NCBI GenBank assembly: GCA_016192685.1
Contig: JACPTS010000001.1
Span: 529,099 to 593,098, forward strand
DNA from: Candidatus Harrisonbacteria bacterium
Lineage (GTDB): Bacteria; Patescibacteriota; Minisyncoccia; UBA6257; 02-FULL-45-10c
Length of the DNA stretch: 64,000 nt
Reading direction: 5' to 3'
Shown here: one piece after another, positions 37,113 through 46,660 of the stretch
How positions within the stretch are numbered: the first letter of the stretch is position 1
Layout of the letters: the number at the start of each line of letters is the position of its first letter
The notes under the pieces: generated by a model
Told to the model about the DNA's origin: nothing
The model's input: only the letters and a program-made list of their open reading frames with translations
Databases searched by the model: none
Made by a program: the position numbers and the translations under genes

Positions 37113-37245
37113 AGCTCCGCGCAGCAAGCTACGCGCTATCGAGCGGAATTCTCCAAAGCCACCCATCCTTCGCTCTTCGAGCTTCGGAGGGTTCTCCGCG
37201 CCTTCATCTCCGCAGCAAGCTGTGGAGTATTCGGCGACGGAGAAT
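37113..37245. repeat. GC-rich repeat island (family C-like)
   Basis: ccgcgcagcaagct...ccgcagcaagct direct repeats plus a cttcgagcttcggag palindrome. GC-rich against an AT-rich background. Confidence 0.5.
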
Positions 37246-37350
37246 AAAATAGTATTTGACTCAAAATTTGATTTATGGTATACTATTAATATAAGTATAT
37301 ATAAGGGGGGATTGACTCCCGGGCCTTATTTATAGTAAAATATAAAAATT

Positions 37351-38397
37351 ATGAGTCTTAGCGTTTCTAAATTAACAATTCATTTATTGGAAAGCCTTGA
37401 CCAGAGGCAAAGAGAAGTTTTGGAGGGCCGGTATGGGCTCAAAGACGGCCATCCGAAAACCTTGGCTGAAATAGGCGATGCTAATCGGGTCACCAGAGAA
37501 CGGATTCGCCAAATAGAATCCGCGGCTTTGGCGGCTGTTAAAAAGTCAGCCGGCAAAACTCAACTTAGAGAGTTCGTGACAACGGTTAATTCCCATTTGC
37601 GGAATTTAGGCGGCTTGCGGCGCGACCTTCTGCTTTTGACTGACCTTCGGGCGATGGTTGGCGACCCCAATACCTCCAATTTAGGCAATAAGATTCATTT
37701 TCTTTTAGAGGTAGCCGGCGAAACTAAATTACATCCGGAAGACGGCGACTATTATTCTTACTGGCATTTAACCGAGGAAGACCGGAAAAGAGCCGGAGGA
37801 TTTCTCGGCAAACTGGTTAAATTGATGGAAGCTCGGAAACAAGAAGTGGTTTCCCATGGCACCATTGATTCCCTTTTTAAGGAAGCCATCGCGCCGCATA
37901 ACTTAAAAGATTTGGTGGCGTTAAACTACATTTCTGCTTCCAAAAATTTCCATGTCAACGAATATGGCGATTTCGGACTTTCTGGTTGGCCGGAAATTAA
38001 TCCTAGAACTATGCGGGATTGGGCGCATATTGTTCTGCGGAAACAGCAAAAACCGGCCCATTTCCAGGAAATCGCGAAAATGATTAATAAGGTCAGAAAG
38101 AATTCGCAAAAGTTTGCCCATCCCCAGACGGTTCATAATGAATTGATTAAAGACCAGCGTTTTGTTTTGGTAGGCAGGGGAATCTACGGATTGCAGGAGT
38201 TTGGTCTGATGCCCGGCACGGCTAAAGAGGTAATGGGCAGAATAATGGAAAAACACGGCCCTTTATCGCCAAAACAATTATTAGAGCTAGTTTTAAAAGA
38301 AAGAATGTTTAAAAAGAACACTATTCTAATCAATCTCCAGAATAAAAAGCACTTTCAGCGATTGGAAGACGGACGTTATACGATTAATTTGGTTTAA
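37351..38397 (+). CDS. Sigma-70 region-4 HTH domain protein
   Basis: N-terminus LDQRQREVLEGRYGL...[24 protein letters not shown] is sigma-70 region 4. 348 aa. Confidence 0.6.
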   Translation: MSLSVSKLTIHLLESLDQRQREVLEGRYGLKDGHPKTLAEIGDANRVTRERIRQIESAALAAVKKSAGKTQLREFVTTVNSHLRNLGGLRRDLLLLTDLRAMVGDPNTSNLGNKIHFLLEVAGETKLHPEDGDYYSYWHLTEEDRKRAGGFLGKLVKLMEARKQEVVSHGTIDSLFKEAIAPHNLKDLVALNYISASKNFHVNEYGDFGLSGWPEINPRTMRDWAHIVLRKQQKPAHFQEIAKMINKVRKNSQKFAHPQTVHNELIKDQRFVLVGRGIYGLQEFGLMPGTAKEVMGRIMEKHGPLSPKQLLELVLKERMFKKNTILINLQNKKHFQRLEDGRYTINLV

Positions 38398-38448
38398 AAA
38401 TAAGTTTTGTTCTTTTTCTTTGTTCGTTTTAAAATAAATATATAAGCT

Positions 38449-39735
38449 ATGGATTTTCCGGCTATTGCTTTTGGAATCAGCAAGACAATTTTAGAGGTTT
38501 TGAAAGTCAGTTGGTGGGCGTTATTGCCGCTCGGCTTATTTTTCTTTTGGCGGGAATTTTGGCTTTGGGGATTGAATCGTTTATGGAAAAAGAAACAAGA
38601 ATGGATTTTGTTGGAATTGAAGATTCCCCGCAATATTTTGAAGACTCCGAAAGCGATGGAAAATGTTTTTTCCGCCCTTCATGCCATTTATATCAGGCCG
38701 ATGGGTTTTGAAGACGTCTATTTTAAAGGCGAAGAGTTATATTGGTTTACTTGCGAGTTAGTGGGCTATGCCGGCGGAGTTAATTTTTATATCCGTTGCC
38801 TGAAAGGATTTCGCAATTTAGTTGAGTCCGCGATTTATTCGGAATATCCGGATGCTGAAATTGCGGAAGCGGAAGATTATACCGCTCTTATGCCGGACGT
38901 TTTGCCGAATGATATTTATGATCTTTGGGGCAATGATTTTATTTTAGCGAAAGATAATCCTTACCCGATTCAAACCTACGAGTTTTTTGAGGCTAACGTG
39001 GAAGAGCAAAGATTGGATCCGATTTCTGCCATTACGGAAGCGATGTCCCGCCTGAAAGAGGGGGAGGCGATTTGGCTCCAGTATCTTCTCCGGCCGGTAT
39101 CAGACGAGTGGAAAAAAGAAGGAGAGGCTCTGCGGGATAAAATGATGCAGCGCAAAAAAGAAAAAGAAGCAGGGTGGCTGGAGTCAATCGTGCAGGGACT
39201 GGTTCAATTTTTCAAAAATCTTTCTTTAGCTTCCATTGAACATCCGACTTGGCCGGAAACGGCGAAAAAGGAAAAAGAATATAAATTAATGGAATTTTTA
39301 TCCCCGGGAGAAAGGAAAGTGCTGGAAGGTATTGAGAATAAGATATCCAAATTAGGTTTTGAAGCCGCTATCCGGTTTATTTATATTGACCGGAAAGATA
39401 GTTTTTCTCGGGCTAATATTTCTGCCGTGCACGGGGCCATGCGCCAATTTAATACTCAGGATATGAATAGTTTTAGGATGCTCAGCGGAACAACGACCTA
39501 TGTCACTTCCAAAATATTAACTTACAAGAGCTGGTTTCGGGAACAACGGGTTTTTTATCTGAAGCGTTTGATTTATGAACTTTACAGACTGCGCTGGTTT
39601 CCGCCGAAAGTTTCTGTTTTAAATACGGAGGAGCTGGCAACCGTGTTTCATTTTCCATTGGTAACCGTGGAAGCGCCTTTGCTTGGCAGGGTAGAAGCTA
39701 AAAAGGGTGAGTCGCCATCTAATCTTCCAATTTAA
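38449..39735 (+). CDS. Membrane-anchored hypothetical protein (partner of the downstream ATPase)
   Basis: 2 N-terminal TM helices. 428 aa. Confidence 0.35.
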   Translation: MDFPAIAFGISKTILEVLKVSWWALLPLGLFFFWREFWLWGLNRLWKKKQEWILLELKIPRNILKTPKAMENVFSALHAIYIRPMGFEDVYFKGEELYWFTCELVGYAGGVNFYIRCLKGFRNLVESAIYSEYPDAEIAEAEDYTALMPDVLPNDIYDLWGNDFILAKDNPYPIQTYEFFEANVEEQRLDPISAITEAMSRLKEGEAIWLQYLLRPVSDEWKKEGEALRDKMMQRKKEKEAGWLESIVQGLVQFFKNLSLASIEHPTWPETAKKEKEYKLMEFLSPGERKVLEGIENKISKLGFEAAIRFIYIDRKDSFSRANISAVHGAMRQFNTQDMNSFRMLSGTTTYVTSKILTYKSWFREQRVFYLKRLIYELYRLRWFPPKVSVLNTEELATVFHFPLVTVEAPLLGRVEAKKGESPSNLPI

Positions 39736-39752
39736 TAAAAACTGGTAAATTT

Positions 39753-41339
39753 ATGCTTAAAAAAGAAATAATAAACCATTTTGGAATAACTAATTTTAGG
39801 AATCACAAGCAGGTATTTGGAATTAAGATAGAGGACCGCCGCCGGCATGTTTATGCGATTGGAAAAACCGGGTCGGGAAAAACTAATCTTTTAGAAACTA
39901 TGGCAATTGCCGATATTTTAGCCGGCAATGGAATGGCTTTTATAGATCCTCACGGAGACTCTGCTGAAAGGCTGCTGGATTTTATTCCGGAAAATCGCAT
40001 TAAAGACGTGATTTATTTTGACCCTTCTGACATGAATTTCCCCATTGCCTTTAATCCTTTGGAGCAAGTTGGAACAGAATATCGCCATTTAGTGGCATCT
40101 GGAATTATGGGAGTTTTTAAGAAAATCTGGGTGGATATGTGGTCAGCGCGGATGGAGTATATTTTAAACAATACTTTGCTCGCGCTTTTGGAATATCCCG
40201 AATCAACCTTGCTTGGCATTATGAGAATGCTGAATGATAAAGATTACCGGAAAAAAGTAGTGGACAATTTAAAAGACCCGGTAGTTAAAGGATTTTGGGT
40301 TAATGAATTCGCGAAATACAGCCAAAAATTTGAAACTGAGGCAACGGCTGCCATTCAGAACAAGGTTGGCCAGTTTGTCACTAATCCTTTAATCCGGAAT
40401 ATTTTAGGTCAGCCAAGGTCTTCTTTGGATATGCGCAGGGTAATGGATGAGGGCAAGATTTTAATTGTAAATTTATCTAAAGGCAAAATTGGAGAAGATA
40501 ATTCCGCGCTTTTGGGCGCGATGATAATTACCAAGCTTCAACTTGCGGCAATGTCCCGGGTGGATGTTCCGGAAAGCGAGCGTCAGGATTTTTACCTTTA
40601 TGTGGATGAATTCCAGAATTTTGCCACTGATTCTTTCGCGAGTATTCTTGCCGAGGCAAGAAAATATCATCTTTGTCTGATTTTAGCCCATCAATATATA
40701 TCTCAATTAATTCATGCCACTACTACTAAAGTTCGGGATGCGGTTTTTGGCAATGTTGGAACATTGTTGGCTTTCCGGGTTGGCGCGGAAGACGCGGAGT
40801 TTTTGGAAAAAGAATTTCAGCCGGATTTTATGGCGACTGACTTTGTTAATCTGCCTAAATATAATTTTTACATTAAATTGATGATTGATGGAATTTCTTC
40901 CCGCCCTTTTTCCGCTTCCGGCATTCCTCCTTTAAAACCGCTGGAGAAAAATTTTAAAAATGAAATTATTGAAAATAGCAGAAGGGAATATGGAAGGCCT
41001 CGGGAAATTGTTGAAAAGAAAATAGACCGAGATTGGCTGGCTGGAGGAGAAGTTATGGTTGAAGAAAAAATTTTCCGCCGGGCCGAACGCCCGCTTTCTC
41101 AGGTTTTAAAGCCGAAAGACGCGGGAGAAGAGCGATTTTTTGCTCCGAAGCCTCGGTCTTCGGCTGGTTCGCCTCCGGCGGAAAAACCGTCAATTCCGAT
41201 AGCCGAGTCCCGTCCGGATTTTCACAGGGAACCGCCGGCAGTTCCGGAAAGAAGTAAAAAGAAAGTGGCGATTGATGAACTGCGAGCGGCTTTAGAAAAG
41301 TCTTTGGCCGGCTCTCGAAGAAAGAATGATGAAGAATAA
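39753..41339 (+). CDS. FtsK/HerA/TraD-superfamily P-loop ATPase (T4SS coupling-protein-like)
   Basis: Walker A GKTGSGKT, Walker B LYVDEFQNF. 528 aa. Confidence 0.55.
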   Translation: MLKKEIINHFGITNFRNHKQVFGIKIEDRRRHVYAIGKTGSGKTNLLETMAIADILAGNGMAFIDPHGDSAERLLDFIPENRIKDVIYFDPSDMNFPIAFNPLEQVGTEYRHLVASGIMGVFKKIWVDMWSARMEYILNNTLLALLEYPESTLLGIMRMLNDKDYRKKVVDNLKDPVVKGFWVNEFAKYSQKFETEATAAIQNKVGQFVTNPLIRNILGQPRSSLDMRRVMDEGKILIVNLSKGKIGEDNSALLGAMIITKLQLAAMSRVDVPESERQDFYLYVDEFQNFATDSFASILAEARKYHLCLILAHQYISQLIHATTTKVRDAVFGNVGTLLAFRVGAEDAEFLEKEFQPDFMATDFVNLPKYNFYIKLMIDGISSRPFSASGIPPLKPLEKNFKNEIIENSRREYGRPREIVEKKIDRDWLAGGEVMVEEKIFRRAERPLSQVLKPKDAGEERFFAPKPRSSAGSPPAEKPSIPIAESRPDFHREPPAVPERSKKKVAIDELRAALEKSLAGSRRKNDEE

Positions 41340-41343
41340 GCAG

Positions 41344-41919
41344 CTATTCTTTAGATTTTTCCATTCTTTCCACGTAAAGCCCGGTATCAGTATTGACTCG
41401 GATAATATCGCCGGTATTTACAAAAAGCGGCACGGCTACTTGAGCATCGGTTTCTAAAATCGCGGTTTTGGTGCCGCCTTGGGCAGTATTGCCCCGTTCT
41501 CCGGGCGGCGTCTCTTTCACTTTAAGGTCTATTTTAATCGGCGCTTTGACGCTTAAAATCTGGCCATCCAATTTCATGGCTGTAACTTCACTATTTGGCT
41601 TTAAGAATTTTGCGGCTGGCCCGATTTTTTCTTCCGTAATTTTAAAGCGATTTTTTGGATTACCTTTCTCGCAGAACCAAAATTCTCCCTTATGATTATA
41701 AAGGTAAGTGATCAGATGTTTTTCTACGTCAATTTCCGACAAGGCTTCATTTTGATGAAAATTTCGTTCCGTAATTTGGCCGTTTAAAAGGTTTTTAAGT
41801 TTGGTTTTGGCCACTGGTTTCCGCTGCTGCATTCTTAAAAACGCGTATTCCAGCACTTCATAGGGGACGCCTTCAAATTTGAACATTGTTCCGATTTTTA
41901 ATTCGTTATAGCTTAACAT
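41344..41919 (-). CDS. efp: Elongation factor P
   Basis: 191 aa. N-terminus YNELKIGTMFKFEGVPYEVLEY is EF-P-like. Confidence 0.85.
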   Translation of the reverse strand: MLSYNELKIGTMFKFEGVPYEVLEYAFLRMQQRKPVAKTKLKNLLNGQITERNFHQNEALSEIDVEKHLITYLYNHKGEFWFCEKGNPKNRFKITEEKIGPAAKFLKPNSEVTAMKLDGQILSVKAPIKIDLKVKETPPGERGNTAQGGTKTAILETDAQVAVPLFVNTGDIIRVNTDTGLYVERMEKSKE

Positions 41920-41973
41920 AGGTGTTTATTTAACTTTTGATTTATAATATAAGTTATATTATAAAATACTAAT

Positions 41974-42702
41974 ATGCAAGTTCGAAAAGCAATAATTTTA
42001 GCCGGCGGGAAAGGCACCCGGCTTTATCCGGTGACTTTGGAGACCCCGAAGCCGCTTTTAACCGTCAATAAAAAGCCGATTATCAATTATTTAATTGAGA
42101 TGTTTCGCCGGCATGGCGTTGAGGAAATTGCCGTGACGGTCCGGAAAAACGATTTTGATGATTTTTCTTGGTGGCTGCGGCGTTATCAGAATGATCTCGG
42201 CGGCGTTTGGGTGAATTTAATGATGGAGGAAGAATCAATGGGGACATTGGGTTTATGGGCTCATAGTTTGCATACTTGGACAGGGAATGAGCCATTCTTT
42301 TTGACTAATGGCGATGAACTTAAGGAAGTTAATCTTTCCGAAATGGCCGCCCAGCATCAAAAAACCGGTGGAATGGCGACTATTGCCGCAGTAGCAGTTT
42401 CGAATCCCAGTGAATATGGAGTATTGGTTTTAGATGGTAATTATATCCATAGTTTTTTAGAAAAGCCGAAAAATCCGCCGACTAATTTTATTTCCTCCGG
42501 ACTTTATCTTATTGACCCGAAGGTTCGAGAATACGTAAAAGAAGATTTAGCGGCTAATAAGAAATTTTTAATGATTGAAAAAGACCTTTTTCCGAAATTG
42601 GCAGCGGAAAAGAAACTCGTCGTTTATAAGTCAAGCGGCCGTTGGCACGATTGCGGAAATTTGCAAAGATGGGAAAAGGCGATTAAGGAGTGGGGGGTGT
42701 AG
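41974..42702 (+). CDS. Sugar-phosphate nucleotidyltransferase
   Basis: ILAGGKGTRLYPVTLETPKPLL signature. Confidence 0.8.
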   Translation: MQVRKAIILAGGKGTRLYPVTLETPKPLLTVNKKPIINYLIEMFRRHGVEEIAVTVRKNDFDDFSWWLRRYQNDLGGVWVNLMMEEESMGTLGLWAHSLHTWTGNEPFFLTNGDELKEVNLSEMAAQHQKTGGMATIAAVAVSNPSEYGVLVLDGNYIHSFLEKPKNPPTNFISSGLYLIDPKVREYVKEDLAANKKFLMIEKDLFPKLAAEKKLVVYKSSGRWHDCGNLQRWEKAIKEWGV

Positions 42703-42856
42703 CTTTATTTTACTCGCCGAATCTTTTCCCTCAACCCGTTTCGCTCATCCAGCGATTCGCTCACTTGTGCTCGTCGATTTGGTCGCCTGCGGCGACACCA
42801 TGCCAAATTGACTGCGCGGGTTTCGGAGAAAAGATATCGTCTCGTTCCAATAAAGC
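42702..42856 (+). repeat. GC-rich palindromic repeat element, family B, copy 1
   Basis: ttccctcaacccgtt...ctcacttgtgctcg...ctgcgcgggtttcggag with terminal inverted repeat gctttatt/aataaagc, immediately after the nucleotidyltransferase stop. Confidence 0.65.
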
Positions 42857-42927
42857 TATTTTTAGTGAAAGTTGTTATAAAAATGAAAAATCCCAACCGT
42901 AGCGGTTGGGATTGATTGAGAAAAAGA

Positions 42928-43197
42928 TTAGGGATTTCGGCGTTCCAGATCGCGGCAGTTTTGGTAGAGGAGGCTGTAAGCGGTAGATTGGCTTGAAAAA
43001 GAATTTGCTCTTACAGCGGAGAAACTTTCATTCTCTGCCTTTTTCATCTCTTGTAGCGCCTTTTCATGATATTGCTGGCAAGAATCGGGTTTGGCGGCGT
43101 GGGCTGTCTTTTTTTCAACAATTCCAATCAGCAGAAATAAATTTAATGCCATTAATCCAAGAGCGACAGCCGAGAGAACAGTAATGGTTTTATTCAT
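42928..43197 (-). CDS. Small secreted or membrane protein
   Basis: Signal/TM segment LSAVALGLMALNLFLLIGIV. 89 aa. Confidence 0.35.
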   Translation of the reverse strand: MNKTITVLSAVALGLMALNLFLLIGIVEKKTAHAAKPDSCQQYHEKALQEMKKAENESFSAVRANSFSSQSTAYSLLYQNCRDLERRNP

Positions 43198-43261
43198 TTT
43201 TCCTCCTTGCCCCGGTTTGATTTTCAGGAGCTGAGAGTAGTATATTATATAAATCTATAAT

Positions 43262-44671
43262 ATGTCAAATGTTAAAAGTAAAAAGTTAAAGGTATTTTGT
43301 GCAATGTCCGGCGGAGTGGATAGTTCGGTTGCGGCAGGCCTTTTGAAGCAGGAAGGATATGAAGTGATTGGGGCGCATATGAAATGTTGGAGTGATGGTA
43401 GCCCTACTTCGCCAAGGCTTCGAAGGGCGGATGCTTGCGCATCCGAGCAGGATGCGGAAGACGCGCGAAGAGCGGCGGAGGTTTTGGGCATTCCATTTTA
43501 TGTTTTTGATTTTGAAAAAGAATATAAGGAGAAAGTAGTGGAATATATGGTGGATGGGTACCGGCAGGGAATTACGCCAAATCCGGACGTGATGTGCAAC
43601 AAGGAAATCAAGTTCGGGCTTTTTTTGAAAAAGGCATTGGAAATGGGAGCGGATTATGTCGCTACAGGTCATTATGTTTGTTTGGTTGAGCGAAGAAACT
43701 TTATTCCCTCAACCCGTTCGTCCGCCACCGCGGACTCACTTGTGCTCGCTCGCTTTGCCGATCGAGGCTTTGCCAAAACGATCGGACCAGGCAAAGCGGC
43801 TGCGCGGGTTTCGAAGAATAAAGCTTCTTCGCTTTATGGAATTCAAAGTAGCTGCTCCGCCTGTGTTTCGTGCGGCAACTACGGAGCCCTGAAATGCTCG
43901 GATTTTTGCGAAGCAAAAAATTTTAGGGCGAGGCGTAGGCGCGGTCGCCCGCCGGAGGCGACCGACGCCGGTGCCGTCAGAAATGCAGGCGGAGCGGCAC
44001 TTTTTACAGCTAAAGACAAAAATAAAGACCAGTCCTATTTTCTTTGGACTTTGACGCAGGAGCAGTTGCGGCATTGCCTTTTTCCGATTGGGGATTATTT
44101 GAAGCCGGATGTTAGAAAAATGGCGCGGAAGTTTGGTTTGCCGAACGCGGAGAAAAAGGACTCGCAGGGGATTTGTTTTTTAGGCCAGGTAACGCTGAAA
44201 GATTTTTTGGGAAATTATTTGCCGGAAAAGCGGGGATTGATTTTAAATACTGTAGGCAAAGTTGTTGGTGAGCATCAAGGGGCGCATTTTTATACTATTG
44301 GCCAGCGAGGCGGCCTTGGATTGGGCGGACAGGTGAAACCGGTTTATATCGCAGAAAAAGATATTAAAGAAAATGCGATTTTGGTGGCGGAAGAAAATGA
44401 TGCAGTGCTTTATAAAAAAGAGATTGAACTGAAAAATGTTAATTTAATAAATTCTGAATTAAAAATTCTGAATCATGAATTATTGATTCCTATTTTTGTT
44501 AGAGTTCGTTATAGGCAGCCATTAGTAAAAGCGAAATTAGTTATATGCCGTATGCCGTATGCCACATGTAAACTTGTGTTTGATAAGCCTCAAAAGTTTG
44601 TCGCGGCCGGCCAATCCGCGGTTTTCTACAATGCGCGGGGCGCAATGTTAGGCGGAGGCACTATTGCGTAA
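43262..44671 (+). CDS. mnmA: tRNA 2-thiouridylase MnmA with an approximately 100-aa in-frame repeat-derived insertion
   Basis: PP-loop SGGVDSS, ATGHY, KDQSYFL. 469 aa versus about 360 aa typical. The extra segment between ATGHY and KDQSYFL coincides with GC-rich repeats B and A. Confidence 0.85.
   Translation: MSNVKSKKLKVFCAMSGGVDSSVAAGLLKQEGYEVIGAHMKCWSDGSPTSPRLRRADACASEQDAEDARRAAEVLGIPFYVFDFEKEYKEKVVEYMVDGYRQGITPNPDVMCNKEIKFGLFLKKALEMGADYVATGHYVCLVERRNFIPSTRSSATADSLVLARFADRGFAKTIGPGKAAARVSKNKASSLYGIQSSCSACVSCGNYGALKCSDFCEAKNFRARRRRGRPPEATDAGAVRNAGGAALFTAKDKNKDQSYFLWTLTQEQLRHCLFPIGDYLKPDVRKMARKFGLPNAEKKDSQGICFLGQVTLKDFLGNYLPEKRGLILNTVGKVVGEHQGAHFYTIGQRGGLGLGGQVKPVYIAEKDIKENAILVAEENDAVLYKKEIELKNVNLINSELKILNHELLIPIFVRVRYRQPLVKAKLVICRMPYATCKLVFDKPQKFVAAGQSAVFYNARGAMLGGGTIA
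43699..43990. repeat. Composite family B (43699-43833) plus family A (about 43860-43990, reverse) insertion inside mnmA
   Basis: ctttattccctcaacccgtt...ctgcgcgggtttcgaagaataaag followed by gcggcaactacggagcc...gaggcgtaggcg...gacgccggtgccg. Reading frame stays open. Confidence 0.7.
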
Positions 44672-44730
44672 ATTGGTTTTTTGCGCTAAACTTTAGAAAG
44701 TTCTAAGAAATATTTTTAGATTCTATATTC

Positions 44731-45117
44731 ATGAAACCGCGCGGCCGGACCCTGAATTTACGCTCAACTTCTTTTTCTCTTTTTCGGAGAGGAGCAACAG
44801 TTAATCAGGTAGCATATCAATTAGGAATTTCGGCCGGTCAGGCCAGACAACTAAAATATGCCTATCTGCGCGATTTTTTTGAAGTAACCGACTATTACCT
44901 GAAAGAAAATGAACGGCGAAGGAGCGAGTTGGTGGAAAAATTTTTGGCGCAATTTTTGCAAGCAGTTCGCCGGGGATTTAATGGTTTGGATGACCCGGAA
45001 ATTATGCGAAGAGTTAGTTTTATTTATTCCGTGTTAGGCGAAGATTGTGAAATCGTGAAAATTTTACTTTTCCCATCCGCTGGAGATGGGGTTGCGGCTT
45101 GGGAGACATTCTCTTGA
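44731..45117 (+). CDS. Hypothetical protein
   Basis: 128 aa ORF, start uncertain. Confidence 0.3.
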   Translation: MKPRGRTLNLRSTSFSLFRRGATVNQVAYQLGISAGQARQLKYAYLRDFFEVTDYYLKENERRRSELVEKFLAQFLQAVRRGFNGLDDPEIMRRVSFIYSVLGEDCEIVKILLFPSAGDGVAAWETFS

Positions 45118-45238
45118 CAAGATTTTTTGTTACGCTGGGTAAGTTGCTATTATTGTATTATTTATTAATATTTATATTGTATTTATTGTTTGGTTAGCGC
45201 TCCGATTTTTTATCGGAGCATTTTTTTAAAGAATTATC

Positions 45239-46654
45239 ATGATTAATCTTTCGATTCACGACTTCGCTTTCTGGCTCTGCGCCTTTTTTCTTTTGGGCGT
45301 GCTTTTAATCAGCTTGCTGAACAATTTTATCGCGGTAATTTTGATTAACGCGATTATATTTTTAACCCTGCTGGTTTTTAAACAATACAATTTTCTTTTG
45401 CTGATTCTATTTATTCTTGTTGGTTCCGGCTATTATGAAGCGGCCAACTACTTTCAAGAAAAAATTAATCTGCCATTTGACCAAAAGCAAGAATTAAAAG
45501 GAGTGGTCGTCCGGTTGGAGCAGTCTGCCGCGAAACAGGAATTAGTTTTAAATTTGGAAGAACCTTATCGAGGTAAAATTAAAATTAATGCCCGGCGTTA
45601 TCCCGGCTTTGAATACGGAGATTCGGTAAGAGTTATCGGCGTTATCAAAAAACCTCCGTTGATTTCGGAAAATTATTATAAAAAAGAAGGGATTAGCGGA
45701 TTGATAAATTTTCCCGCCATTGAATTATTAGAAAAAGAACAGGGGAATTTTATTAAGGCCTCACTTTTGGATTTTAAAGAAAAGATTGTCGGCACTTTTA
45801 AAAAATTTCTGCCCCAGGAGAAAGCCGCGCTTTTAGCTGGCCTTACTTTAGGAGCGCGGGAAGATTTCTCCAAGGAGCTTCAGGAAAAGATGTCTCTTAG
45901 CGGCACTACTCATTTGGTGGCGCTTTCCGGATATAATATTTCCGTTATTTCAATCACTATTGCTTCGCTTTTTGGATTATTCTTGTCGCGATCCGTCTCT
46001 TTTTACGCGAGCGTTCTCGTAATTATTCTTTTTGTATTGATGACTGGCGGGGAAGCATCGGTGGTCCGGGCAGCAATCATGGGCATTATTGCGATTATGG
46101 CTAAAGAATCTGAACGGATTTTTAGCATCCGAAACGCGATTATTATCGCCGCCTTTTTGATGGTTTTAGCGAATCCAAAAGTGCTGGTTTTTGATCTGGG
46201 ATTTCAGTTATCTTTTTTCGCGCTTCTTGGCATTGTTTATTTACTGCCGGTTTTAGAAAAGCTGTTTAAAATAAAGTCTCCAGGAGTTTTAAAATGGAAA
46301 GAAAATACTTTAACCACCCTTTCCGCCCAATTGGCGGTTATCCCATTTCTGCTTGGTGCCTTTGGGAAATTTTCCGTGTTTTCTTTAGTGTCTAATGTTT
46401 TGATTGCCGAGGCGATTCCGATTACTATGGCGCTTGGTTTTTTAATGGCTGGTTTGGGATTAATTTCCGATTTCCTTGCTTCAATTACCGCTTTGGCGGT
46501 TAATTTATTTCTTATTTATGAACTTTGGATTATTGATTTATTTTCCCAATTTACTTTGCCGGTAGCTTCAGAATCTTTTAGTTTTTTAGCCGCTGTTATT
46601 TACTATTTATTATTAATTGGTGTAGTATACGCATTAAATTGGAAATTAAAATAA
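45239..46654 (+). CDS. comEC: ComEC/Rec2 competence channel (membrane domain)
   Basis: Multi-TM with the conserved competence domain (SLSGTTHLVALSGYNISVI). Confidence 0.75.
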   Translation: MINLSIHDFAFWLCAFFLLGVLLISLLNNFIAVILINAIIFLTLLVFKQYNFLLLILFILVGSGYYEAANYFQEKINLPFDQKQELKGVVVRLEQSAAKQELVLNLEEPYRGKIKINARRYPGFEYGDSVRVIGVIKKPPLISENYYKKEGISGLINFPAIELLEKEQGNFIKASLLDFKEKIVGTFKKFLPQEKAALLAGLTLGAREDFSKELQEKMSLSGTTHLVALSGYNISVISITIASLFGLFLSRSVSFYASVLVIILFVLMTGGEASVVRAAIMGIIAIMAKESERIFSIRNAIIIAAFLMVLANPKVLVFDLGFQLSFFALLGIVYLLPVLEKLFKIKSPGVLKWKENTLTTLSAQLAVIPFLLGAFGKFSVFSLVSNVLIAEAIPITMALGFLMAGLGLISDFLASITALAVNLFLIYELWIIDLFSQFTLPVASESFSFLAAVIYYLLLIGVVYALNWKLK

Positions 46655-46660
46655 ATTTTT

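Noticed and set aside
43699-43990. An intein or intron as the explanation for the mnmA insertion
   Set aside because: No intein splicing motifs (a Cys/Ser block followed by a terminal HN motif) are present. The insert is too short and is plainly composed of the genomic repeat families.
43286-44074. Minus-strand ORFs of 128 aa and 112 aa inside mnmA
   Set aside because: Antisense to a well-supported mnmA and to the repeat insertion. Open frames caused by GC-rich repeat sequence.
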